From Euglena gracilis (lineage: Eukaryota), in assembly GCA_039621445.1 (NCBI GenBank), contig CP154954.1, positions 24,068,954-24,132,953 on the forward strand: DNA of 64,000 nt, in the 5' to 3' direction. Of the stretch, positions 1 to 10,000 are shown in pieces. How positions within the stretch are numbered: the first letter of the stretch is position 1; each line of letters begins with the position of its first letter. Made by a program: the position numbers and the translations under genes. The notes beneath the pieces were generated by a model. That model was not told the origin of the DNA, did no database searches, and was given only the letters and a program-made list of their open reading frames with translations.

Positions 1-31
1 TATCTACTGGTGTATTAATTTCCCCGCAACT

Positions 32-540
32 CCCCGCCTGGCCTGAGATACGGCCTTTTTCGGTCCAAATGGCCGTTTTGTACACTTTTCCCACTGTCGA
101 CTCAGCCGTTTTAGGCCAAAAAAGTCGAAAAATCGAAAACAAATTTTTCGCCCAAAACCATGTTTTTTGGCCTCCCAGACACGGAAAAAGTGTTTTTGAG
201 CGTTTTTCGACCCGCCAGCGCCCCGTTTTGGTTCGCCAACCCGTCGTTGACTTTGGGTCAAAACCGGGTCAAAAAAGTCGAAAAAATCGAATTCTTTTTT
301 GCCTGAAACCATGTTTTTTGGGCCTCCCGGACCCGGAAAAACTGTTTTTGAGCCGAAAATGAGCGTTTTTCGACCCGCCAGTGTCCCGTTTTGGGCCGCC
401 AACCCGTTGACTTTGGGTCAAAACCGGGTCAAAAAAGACGGAAAAAATCGAGAAAATTCGGTTTCCCAAAATGATGTTTTTTTGGCTGGAAAAACTGTTT
501 TTGAGCCGAAAATGAGCTTTTTTCGCAGGCCGGGCCGGGG
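32..540. repeat. Probable non-autonomous TIR element with internal ~160-170-bp direct repeats
   Basis: ccccgcctggcctgaga (32-48) is an imperfect inverse of tcgcaggccgggccgggg (523-540). The block gagcgtttttcgacccgccag...gactttgggtcaaaaccgggtcaaaaaag occurs twice (~198-278, ~361-437). No convincing TSD. Confidence 0.4.
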
Positions 541-831
541 TCTCCCAAAGAGCTCAGCTCTACGTCACACCCTGGTCGCTGAGCTCTTATCTCTTTAGAG
601 TTAGAGCGAAGCTTACCACCGGGGCCGGAGACACCCCCTGCCCCCCCCCGCCCCCCCCCCGCCCCCCGCCCCCCCCCCTGAGTAGGCTCGGGCACCCAGG
701 CCTCTTACTCCTCTCGAGACCCCCTGGGTCCCGCTGCTGTCGCCCAGGCAGTAGGTCAGTGCCCAGCCGCGTTCGCCGCCCCCTTTTTCCCGCCGGGCAT
801 TCAGCTGGCCCCCCCAGGCCCTCATCCGGCA

Positions 832-2571
832 ATGGTTGCCAACGCCACGGCCCTCACCGGGTTACCACCCGCTGGCCTGGCTGTCTTCACCCCGGTACCC
901 TGCCCCCCGGCCAGATCCGACCCGAGCAAGCGGTACGTCTGCGCCTACCCCATCTGCTTACGGGCACACGAGAGCCGGGGGACACTGCTTACACATTTGA
1001 ACAGCGTGCTCCACGCACATCTGAGCCTACTCTGTGGAGACTACATCCGGGACCTGCGCGTCTGGTTTTGCCCACATTGTTGCCTGTTGTCGCCGCTCAC
1101 TGGTCTATGCGGTGGGAACTCCTGTGTCCTCATCATCTGGGACGAGCGTGTTGCCCGTCGCGCTCAAGCCATGCGAGACGGCCCCTCCGGCCCTGAACCG
1201 CGCGTGCCCCACGAGATTGCGATCGTGATGCCCGCCCCGCCCCGAGCGACGGCCCTGCCACTGGAAATTACCTTGGACTCCGCCAGCCCGCTCACTGTGC
1301 CCAACATTGAGGCCCTCTTCCGACTGCATTGCCCTCTGTTGCGACACACCCCCAGAGGGGCCAGGACCGCCCTGGGACATTGCTTGGCGGAACTGATTTG
1401 TCATCTTCTGTCTCGGGCCACCTGGTAATCGCTCTTTCGGTTTTTCGCTTTCACCCGTTTCTGCCTCCGCGCGGACACCCGCGGTGGTGCCTCGGAGAGA
1501 GCTCAAAGGGCGCTGCGTGATTTGGTCACGGACCGGGCTCTGCGGCTGCCCACCCTGTCCATCCCTGCTATTTGGACAGAACTCCCCGATTGCGAGAACA
1601 CCAGAATGGATCGCATGACCCGCAAACGGGAACGATCACCCGATCCTGAACTGGACCAGCCACCAACCGGGGGTTGTGACGAACACCTCCTGCGGTCCCT
1701 GCGCTCGCTGGTTACGGAGGGCGCCTTTTCCAAAGCGGGCGCCTTCTTAGCAAGGGGATCCATGACCCCCGCTCTGAAGCAGTCCTGTCTGCCTTGCGAG
1801 CCCTCCACCCACAGGGAGCAGGATTCCGGTGGGGCGACATGGAACGGCAGCTGGCCTCCGTACACTGCGACTGTTACGGCAATTCTCCCCCTGAGGACCG
1901 CCTATCGTCGCTCCGGAAGGTCGTACTCGGATTCCCACCCGGCAGCGCCCCTGGCCCTTCGGGCTTACGCCCCGCTCACCTCGCCGAGCTGGTTCGTGAC
2001 CGCGACAGTGGGAGTCCGCTCCAGCTCCTCCAGGCCCTTGATGACATGGTACAGCACTGTGTGCAAGGGTCCATACACCCTGTGGCCGCAGAATGGCTGT
2101 GCTCGGCCAACCTCTTCCCCCTTCGGAAGAAGGACGACGGGGTCCGCCCGGTCGCCGTTGGGGAGACCATCCGCCGGGTGATAGAGAAATGCATGTTGGC
2201 ATTGCCGGAGACGGTACAGGCAGGGATGAACATGCCGCCATTGCAGTCTGCCTTCGGCGGCAAAAACGCCTGCGAGCAGATTGGTATGTCCCTCCAGCAC
2301 CTCATTCTCGAACAGGGAGACAACCCGGATTGGGTGTTGTTGCAGGTTGATATCCGCAACGCGTTCAACTCTGTCCGGCGGACGGATATCTTGGACGCCG
2401 TCCGGCGACGAGCACCGCACCTTTTGCACTGGTGCCGCCTCTCATTGCAACCGACCAGACTGTTTGTTCGAGATAGTGAGATTTGGAGCACAGAAGGTGG
2501 GCAACAAGGCGCCCCTCTTGTCCCCCTTCTGTTTGCCATGGCCATTCATGACACGCTCCTGGCCACACCTG
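832..2571 (+). pseudogene. CRE-1 ORF part 1: C2H2 zinc finger and N-terminal part of RT
   Basis: CAYPIC...HLNSVLH zinc finger; SAPGPSGLRPAHL, KKDDGVRPVAVGETIRR, LQVDIRNAFN, GGQQGAPL. In-frame TAA at 1426-1428 and a frameshift near 1765-1790. Confidence 0.9.
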
Positions 2572-4036
2572 CAAGGTTCGGCAAATTTCGAAATTTTGGG
2601 AATTTTTCATTTCAATTGAAAAATTCGAAAAATTCGAATTTTTCGAAAATTTCAAAAATCGCGGAACGCGAATCTGGGTATTCCTAATTCATCAGAAATT
2701 GTTTTTTGTGAACTGTGCAGACAACTCTAAGATGCCAGCGGGATGCAGGAGCATATGGTGAATTTGCCAATTCTTTCAGTGAATGTACATTTTTCTCTGT
2801 TGCAGATCTCACGGCAAGAAATTACTCAAGTCTATCACGCTTGAAATGAACTTATTGGAAGGAGGTTGGTAATCTTGACCTGAGCATGTCCCTGCTAAAC
2901 TGCTCAGTTTGTATTACGGCCAACAACGTGTGCGTTTTCTGGTTCCTGTTGCTGTTCCTGTTTGCTTTTCAATGGCAAAGAACTGGCCAGTTTTGGGCCA
3001 GATTTGGTGGCCAGTTTTCGGCCATATGTGCTGGCCTGTTTTGGGCAGAAGTGCTGGCCAGTTTTGGGCCACATGCTGGCCAGTTTCGGGCCAGATTGGT
3101 GGCCAGTTTTGGGCCACAATTTTGGGCAGAAGTGCTGGCCAGTTTTGGGCCACATGCTGGCCAGTTTCGGGCCATATTGGTGGCCAGTTTTGGGCCACAG
3201 TTTTGGGCAGAAGTGCTGGCCAGTTTTGGGCCACATGCTCGCCAGTTTTGGGCCAGATTGGTGGCCAGTTGTGGGCCACAGTTTTGGGCACAAGTGCTGG
3301 CCAGTTTTGGGCCACATGCTGGCCGGTTTTGGGCCAGATTGGTGGCCAGTTTTGGGCCACAGTTTTGGGCAGAAGTGCTGGCCAGTTTTGGGTTAGATTG
3401 GTGGCCAGTTTTGGGCCACACGTGCTGGCCACTTTTGGGCAGGCTGGCCAGTTTTGGGCCACATGCTGGCCAGTTTTGGGCCAGATATAGAGAATGTTGG
3501 CGTACGGGCCAAATTTTCCCAGCCCTTTTTTGAAAATCCTGCCTCAAAAATTTCAAAATCACCCTTTTTCCATCATCTTGCAAACAAAACCTGCCAATTT
3601 TTCTGGCTGTTTTCAGGTTTGGCACCAATTTTTTCGGCTTTAAGTCCCCCCCCCCCGGTACGGGGTGGGGTTGTCTGGGGGACGGGGTTGGTTTTTTGTT
3701 CGTTTCATCGGGAGGGTTTCTTCCGAGTAAAGGTGGACTTCTGCAACAGCCGGGGGGCCGGCAACAAAAAAATCTTTTTTTTTGTCACCGACGGGATTTT
3801 CCGCAGACGGAAGGCAAAATTCATCTGAATTACCTGTCGATGGTGTTTTTCTTTCTTCGAGTACCTTGAAAAATGCCGTTATCCTTGGAAGGACTTTGGC
3901 CGGCGGCAGAAAAAAACACATCCCTGTTGCAGTGCTTCACCCTGTGGAATTTTTGGAAATTTTCCTCACGAAACATTCGAATAATTCAACCTTGAAAAAT
4001 TCGAATTATTTACGCGGAAAAATACGCCGAACCCTG
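2572..4036. mobile_element. Non-autonomous hAT-like DNA transposon inserted in CRE-1 RT
   Basis: Perfect 8-bp TSD CACACCTG (2564-2571 / 4037-4044). TIRs caaggttcggc / gccgaaccctg. Subterminal aaaattcgaa-type motifs at both ends. Confidence 0.85.
2980..3485. repeat. Minisatellite of ggccagttttgggcca-based units (higher-order unit ~80 bp) inside the hAT-like element
   Basis: More than 20 recurrences of ggccagttt(t/c)ggg / ttttgggc; this explains the repetitive ORFs in all six frames. Confidence 0.9.
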
Positions 4037-4044
4037 CACACCTG

Positions 4045-4110
4045 GAAGGGGAAATTCCTTCTGGTATCTGGACGACGGGTCCATCCTGTCGGACGTGGTC
4101 AAGGCACACC
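4045..4110 (+). pseudogene. CRE-1 ORF part 2: RT catalytic WYLDDG motif
   Basis: tgg tat ctg gac gac ggg at 4062-4079, in frame with both neighbouring CRE-1 pieces after removing the insertions. Confidence 0.9.
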
Positions 4111-4245
4111 ATTCGGGCTTCGCACACTCTGGGGGTGAGATCCTGCTTTGTGTGCCGGCTGTTTTGTTGTTGGTGTTCTTTTTGTCGGGGTGCTTCTACT
4201 GCTTTTTGGTGCCGGAGTTGGCGGATATTAACGTCCTTCGACAAC
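4108..4245 (+). repeat. DIRS left inverted terminal repeat
   Basis: 4131-~4225 is the reverse complement of ~16940-17005 + 25195-25225. 4108-4140 is the reverse complement of ICR 16714-16746. Confidence 0.85.
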
Positions 4246-4251
4246 ATCAAA

Positions 4252-6081
4252 ATGACAACGTACGCAGAAATCTTGACATCAGAGGATGAAACAGTATTCA
4301 ACAATTCGTGGAGCGAGCTATTCTTCAACGAGGGCAAGGTGGCGAAACTATTGGCGGAATCGTCCCCGGAATCCCTCGTCGCCGTCATCGCGGCCGGGCA
4401 AAACAGGCTGGGAGGTGGATGGCACACGACGAAGTGCGCAAAGAAGGTCCACGAGTTGACCCAGGTGGCGATGGTATCCAGCCAAGTCGGAGACTACAGG
4501 AATTATTTCTTGTACTCGGTGGCGTTAGCAGGAAGTGTGGAGGTACCCCTGATAGACTTGGGGCAGACAGCGGGGGACGTGGCGTTCAAGTTGTCTGATC
4601 GTTGGCTGGAGAAGAGTTCGAAGAAAGACAAAGGGATGACGCAGAGAGCGGAGCGGTCCGCGATGGAGGAGGACGGAGAAGACGAGGAGGACAACGACAA
4701 CGACGACGCGGAAGAACGGCTCCCCTGGCAGGAGGAACTGGCGCCACTGGCGCCAGAGCTGGCAGCGTGCCTTCGGCACGTCGAAAAAGGAGTTAGACTC
4801 CCCTGGAAGATGGTGCTGGGGGAGCTGCCAAGGTATCAGGGGATAAAAATTAGAGCAGAGGATAATAATCATGGCTCAGACGGCAAAGGGGCCTGGGACA
4901 AGCAGCTGAAGGCATGGCAACAAAAGATGTTACACCTGGAAAGAATGGTGGCATGCCTGTACGGCAGTGTGGAGACAGACTATCAAATATTGGCACAACA
5001 ATTGTTTTTTGCTGTAGCAGAGCTGGAGCAGACGCTGCTGAAGGAGAGGAAGAAGTGCAGGATTCCAGGGGCAATCCCAAGTACAAACAACGGGCTGTTC
5101 TCTAAAGAAGATTTGGCTGTGGACAAAGCCCAATGGGCTCTGAATCAAGCAGGCTTGACAACAGCCTTCTCCAGACATTCTATGTCTCATTTTCTCATCC
5201 CCACAGGAAACAAAGGATTTAAGTTCAAGCTTGGCAAAGGCAAAGGCTATGGCAGCCAATTCAAGTCTGGGAGAGGAAAAGGCTATGGCAGCCTGTGGAA
5301 GAGCCCAGGATGGCAGAAGGGGTATAGATCCCCTGCTGAATCTTCCCTCTCCCCACTCATGTCCTCAGAAAAGGCAAGGGCAAAGCCTGAAGCATCAAAG
5401 ACCCCAAGAAGGGGTGAAGCCATCAAAGCCAGACCATCAAGGGAGTGGGGGAGAGACCCCCCAGCTGAGCTCCATGGCGGAGGAAATCCCCCTGCTGACC
5501 CCTGCCCTGAGACCATCCCCAGTCTGGCAAGGGCTCACGGGGACAGGGGCCTGGCCCACAACAAACTCCCCCCCAGAGGAATGGGAGAAAGGAATCCTTC
5601 AGGGCCTGGATTTCAAAGAAAGGGCATGGCTGGGGGTGCCTCTGTTTCAGAGACTAAGAAAATGTCTTCCATGGTGGCAGGAGAATGCAAATCAGTGGGT
5701 AGTAGCACTAATTCAAAAAGGTGTGCAACCAGACCACCCCCTACCCATGTGTCTGTCAACAAGACAGCAGCAAAAGTCAGCACAGGAAATCAGCCTGGCC
5801 TCCAAAATCTTGAGGGAGTACCAAGAAAGTGGGGCAACCAAAAAATTGCAAAATGCCCAAAACACTGCCCACCTCGTGCCATGGTTTGTGTTGTCCAAAC
5901 CAGAAGGGGAGGGGGTCAAGCATCGAATTATCACAGATTGTCGAGATCTAAATCAATTTTGCTGTCCAGAGAAGTTCACTTTGGAAAATATGTCCACAAT
6001 TTTCCCCACTCTGAAAAAAGGGGATTGGGCAGTCAAACTAGACTTGAAAGATGCATACTTTCATCTGGGGCTGGAAAATGA
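4252..6081 (+). CDS. DIRS ORF1 (putative gag-like protein)
   Basis: Long ORF starting just inside the left ITR, with an acidic tract and GKGKGYG repeats. The 3' part overlaps the RT frame. Called from position, not from a recognised motif. Confidence 0.6.
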   Translation: MTTYAEILTSEDETVFNNSWSELFFNEGKVAKLLAESSPESLVAVIAAGQNRLGGGWHTTKCAKKVHELTQVAMVSSQVGDYRNYFLYSVALAGSVEVPLIDLGQTAGDVAFKLSDRWLEKSSKKDKGMTQRAERSAMEEDGEDEEDNDNDDAEERLPWQEELAPLAPELAACLRHVEKGVRLPWKMVLGELPRYQGIKIRAEDNNHGSDGKGAWDKQLKAWQQKMLHLERMVACLYGSVETDYQILAQQLFFAVAELEQTLLKERKKCRIPGAIPSTNNGLFSKEDLAVDKAQWALNQAGLTTAFSRHSMSHFLIPTGNKGFKFKLGKGKGYGSQFKSGRGKGYGSLWKSPGWQKGYRSPAESSLSPLMSSEKARAKPEASKTPRRGEAIKARPSREWGRDPPAELHGGGNPPADPCPETIPSLARAHGDRGLAHNKLPPRGMGERNPSGPGFQRKGMAGGASVSETKKMSSMVAGECKSVGSSTNSKRCATRPPPTHVSVNKTAAKVSTGNQPGLQNLEGVPRKWGNQKIAKCPKHCPPRAMVCVVQTRRGGGQASNYHRLSRSKSILLSREVHFGKYVHNFPHSEKRGLGSQTRLERCILSSGAGK

Positions 6082-6308
6082 TTTCAAACGATTTGTCAGA
6101 ATTAAAGTGGGATCAGACCTGTGGGAGTTTCAGGGGGCCTGTTTTGGCCTACGCACCCTCCCAAAATTGTGGATGTCCCTAATGAAAGTTCTGCTAAAAC
6201 TGTGGAGGTCAAAGGGAATGCAGGTGTTCGTCTATTTGGACGACATCATTCTGTTTGGTTCAACAGAAAATTTGGTGAAAAAACATTTGCTGCAAATGCT
6301 GCACACAT
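5231..6308 (+). pseudogene. DIRS reverse transcriptase, 5' part
   Basis: RIITDCRDLN, AVKLDLKDAYFHL, CFGLRTLP, VYLDDIIL. Cut at MLHT by Gypsy copy 1. Confidence 0.92.
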
Positions 6309-6718
6309 TGAAAAGGTGGCTTTGGCTACCTTCCCCCCCCCCTGACCTCCCTGGGCAGTGGATGAAAGAGACCCCCTTTGCTCATGAAATAAAGGTGCAA
6401 GAGCCACTCACAACTGGCCCATGTGTGCTTCATGGGGGGGGCCTTCCACAAAGGAGCCTTCCCCAACGCCCCCCCCCCACCAACCGTCCCAACTTCCCCA
6501 GCACATTCTTACTGTGACGTTCCTGACTTTTTTTCGTGTACATATGCTCACCTCTGCACAGGCTGGTCTTTGTGTCTTCAAATGGTCATGTTTTATGCCT
6601 GCTGAAGTTTGTTGGTGAAAGCGACCGAAGGAGGATTAGAAAAACGTCGACGGAGAGGAGAGATCAAAAAAAGATCCTACGCAAGCTGAGTCCAAGAAGA
6701 AGGACTGAAAGCTTTACA
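6309..6718 (+). repeat. 5' LTR, Gypsy copy 1
   Basis: tgaaaagg...gctttaca, near-identical to 14196-14604. Confidence 0.97.
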
Positions 6719-6720
6719 GT

Positions 6721-6731
6721 TGGTAGCAGAG
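6721..6731 (+). promoter_or_regulatory. Primer-binding site complementary to the initiator tRNA-Met 3' end
   Basis: TGGTAGCAGAG 2 nt after the LTR; the same at 26350-26360 (+) and 24759-24769 (-). Confidence 0.85.
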
Positions 6732-7028
6732 AGGTATCCTCTACCTCGACTTGCTGTCCTATCCCACCCGTGGTCGCCGTCGTCGGAAGTCGTCGGAGGA
6801 GCGACACCGCCGAGAGCAACAAGAGGAGAAGAGAGCCTCCGAGGAGCCGCTCTGACCTTCCCTCTGACCGCCTGACTGGCCCCTGCCTGACCCACTCCTT
6901 TGTGGTCGGCCCCCAGTCAAAGCTTTTTACTAAGGCCAGCCGGACAAAGCCCACCCCCGGGGAGAGACAAAGAAAGAGAACCCTCTCAACTGTGAAAAGC
7001 CATAGCGTGAGCCTGTGAGCCCACCGCC

Positions 7029-10000
7029 ATGACTGAGTCACCACCGCCTGAACAAGAGCCTGAGCATCAGTCCACTCTACATGACATCGAGGAGAAGCTG
7101 AAGGACCTCGAGCTCAGAGTCTTCGGCCACGAGTCCAAGGACTCGTCAACCCCTCTCGTTTCCCCGTTCACACCCCACTCTTTTTGGGAGAAGAGGATTG
7201 AGAAGTTCAAGGGTAGCTTGGAGTTGAAAGAAAGTTCTGTGACAGCCAAATTCCCTCCTATCCCGTTGCCTTCGTTTGATGGTTCGGACCTTGAAGCCTT
7301 TTTGAAAGAGTTTGAACGTTGGTTGCGTCTTTCCGGTGTGAAAAGATCCCCAGAAGCTTTCCAGTTGGATTGGCTCATCCAATGTGTTGTTCCCAAGTAC
7401 AGAAAGGTTGTTGAAAAGGTTGTTGAGGAGCAGCCCCAGCTTGACAAAGTGCTTTTGGCATTGTCCCAACTGTTTCCGAAGCTCGAGAACGACCTTACGC
7501 TTCGGGAATCCCTTGACCATCTCCATCTCCAGTCCCTTTCAGCCACCCCAGATCCAGCCACAGTGAAAAGGTTGTTGGTTGAGTTTGAGGAGGTGACAGC
7601 CAGAATGTCAAAGGGAGCTTTGGGAGACCAGGAAAAGTACCTATACCTCTCCAAGAAAATTCACCCCAAGATGTTTTCTGAGTTGAGACAAGACAGGTAC
7701 TGCAAAAGGAGGACAGAAACTTATGAGGAATTGAAAGTTTGCTTGCTGGAAAAGGCCCAAGAAGATTGGTTGGAACGTCATCTTCAAAAGAAAATTTCGC
7801 TGCATACTCTCCAGGAAACACCCCAGCCACAAAAAGCCCAAGGAGACTTGCCCATGGTTGATTCCCAGGGTTCTTCATCTTCCAAGCCTTCAGCGTTTTC
7901 CCAGGTGCAAGGCAAAGGAAAAGGCAAAGGAGTTTACCCCAAAGGCAAAGGAAGTGGTCCTGCCAAAGGCAAGGGCAAAGGCAAGGGTTTTTCCCATGTG
8001 TAAGGTGTGCAAAGTCAGCCCAACCAACCTGGACCCCCTCAGTTGTCTGTTTCTCTTTGGTGCAAGTTTTGTGGAAAGAAAGGTCATTATGAGGACAAAT
8101 GTTGGACAAAACAAAAGGAGGAAAGAAAAGCCAAATAAAAGGAGAAAAGTTCACCCCCATCCTCACACACCTCCACACAACAACCCGATTCAGCCAAAAA
8201 GAGGAAAATTGACACACTCCACATCTTGAAAGGTACATCCCTCATCACCAATGTGACCATCAATGGGACATCCCTCAAGGCCATCATCGACAGTGGTGCA
8301 ACAACAAGTGCCATTGCCGGGAAATGTGTTCCACCAGGTGCAATCATCAGATCGATGGTTGTCCCCATCCAAGTTGGAAATGGTGATGTGATTTTTTCGG
8401 ATGGGATAGCCGAGCTCACTCTCCAATTTGGGGAGAGCATTTTGAAGCAAGAGGCGTTGGTCATCCAAACAAATGCCTTTGAAGCCGTTTTAGGCATGGA
8501 TGTTTTGACCAATGAAAAAGTGGGTGGTCTTTTGACACAACCCCCCCCTTGCAAGTTGCTCGTGGAAGGAAAAAAGTATCCTTTGATGGAAAATGATGGT
8601 TCAAGGATTCATCGGATTTACCGACTCTTCAAAAGGGAAAGTTACACACTTGTCCCCAATGTCAAAAAGGAAGTTCTTTCTCGTTTGGAAATGAACGATT
8701 TTGACATCGAGGTGGACCTATTCTCAAACCACAGGAATTTCCAAGAGGCTCGGTATTGTACGCGGGCGAACAACTCAGTTTTCTACGATTGGAGTCGGAT
8801 TGGAGAAAAGGAAAGTTCCATTTTGTGGGCGAATCCCCCTTTCTCGGTCCTCGACCGAGTTTTGACCAAGGTGGCCATGGAACCTCTCCGGATGGTTTTG
8901 GTTTGCCCAGATTGGGGAGATTGTTATTGGAGACAAATTTTGGAAAAGCTTTCCATTGCTCAAGTTCAAGTCCCCAATGGCATGGAAACGTACCGTTCCG
9001 ATTTTCAAGAAAAAGCATTGCCAGCCCCACAATGGAATACAATTGTTTCAGTTTTGGATTCCAAGTCGAAAAGCATCCCGATTTCGGAGTTGGACCCCAA
9101 GATCTTGAAATGGATTTTGAGGAAATGTCGGAAATGGGATTTGGAGCATTTGGTGAATGAACTCAAAAAGTACCCCAAAGTGAGTGTTGAGGGCATGGAA
9201 AGGGAGATTCAAGTGGATGTTGATGAAATCCCATTGTCTCCCCCCGTTTCACCCATCTCATCCTTGCCCCATGACTCTCTTTTTCAGATGGAGAAAAATA
9301 CAAGTGTCATCGAAGTGGGTGCGGAATTATCAATCGAAGTGAATTTGAGCTTCACCGAGAAGGACCACAAGCCACCAACAATGGTTTCAAATATTGAAGA
9401 ATTGGAGTTCAATGGAGCCGATGGTATGGAAGTCCGAGGTACCCCCTCTTCCCCCTTCACCGTTTCGGATCGAGAATTGTCCAAGGTGTGTGAAAGGCTT
9501 TTGCAACAAATTCCCGTTCCACAAAAAGATGGTTTGTTTGACAAGGAAACCGAGAATTTGCATGGTGATTTGCAAGGTGATCTTGCCCGTTTTGAAAAGG
9601 AACCCCAATTGAAAGTGCTCCTTGAAAAGTACATGGAAATTTTTGGTCCTCTCCCGAGTCCCGGCATGGGTTGTCAACTCGTCCAATGTGATTTGGAACT
9701 CAAGGATGAGTTCAAGGGGAGGGTGATCCGTGGCAAATGTTGGCCTATGAGCGAAAAGGATTCCATGGAAATTCACAAACAAGTGAATGAATTGGTGGAA
9801 AGTGGGTTGGTGGAGAGCTACCCCAAAGGAAAGACCCCAACCCATTGTTCTCCAACATTTTTGGTGGAAAAGAAGGAAAGCCAATCGAAAAGGATGGTGG
9901 GCCAATACAAAAAGGTCAACGACCATGTGAAAAGTCATTCGGCATTTTTACCAAACATGGAACAAATGGTCGAAAATTTGGCCCAATGTCGATAGAAATC

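Noticed and set aside
1426-1428. Alternative genetic code as an explanation for the in-frame stops
   Set aside because: The stops correspond to different sense codons in sister copies (CAA, GAA, AAG), and the host gene appears to end at TAG (47661-47663).
2980-3485. CRISPR-like appearance of the repeat arrays here and at 42460-42560, 48845-49065 and 49690-49870
   Set aside because: No unique spacers, no cas genes, and a eukaryotic TE context.
2886-3628. Repetitive ORFs (LASFGP, WPVLG, QNWP) in all six frames
   Set aside because: They are translations of a stop-poor minisatellite inside a TIR element.
6536-7044. ORFs spanning the LTR and leader on both strands (also 24490-24924 and 26159-26673)
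   Set aside because: They cross the LTR/PBS boundary, differ among copies and have no recognisable domain.
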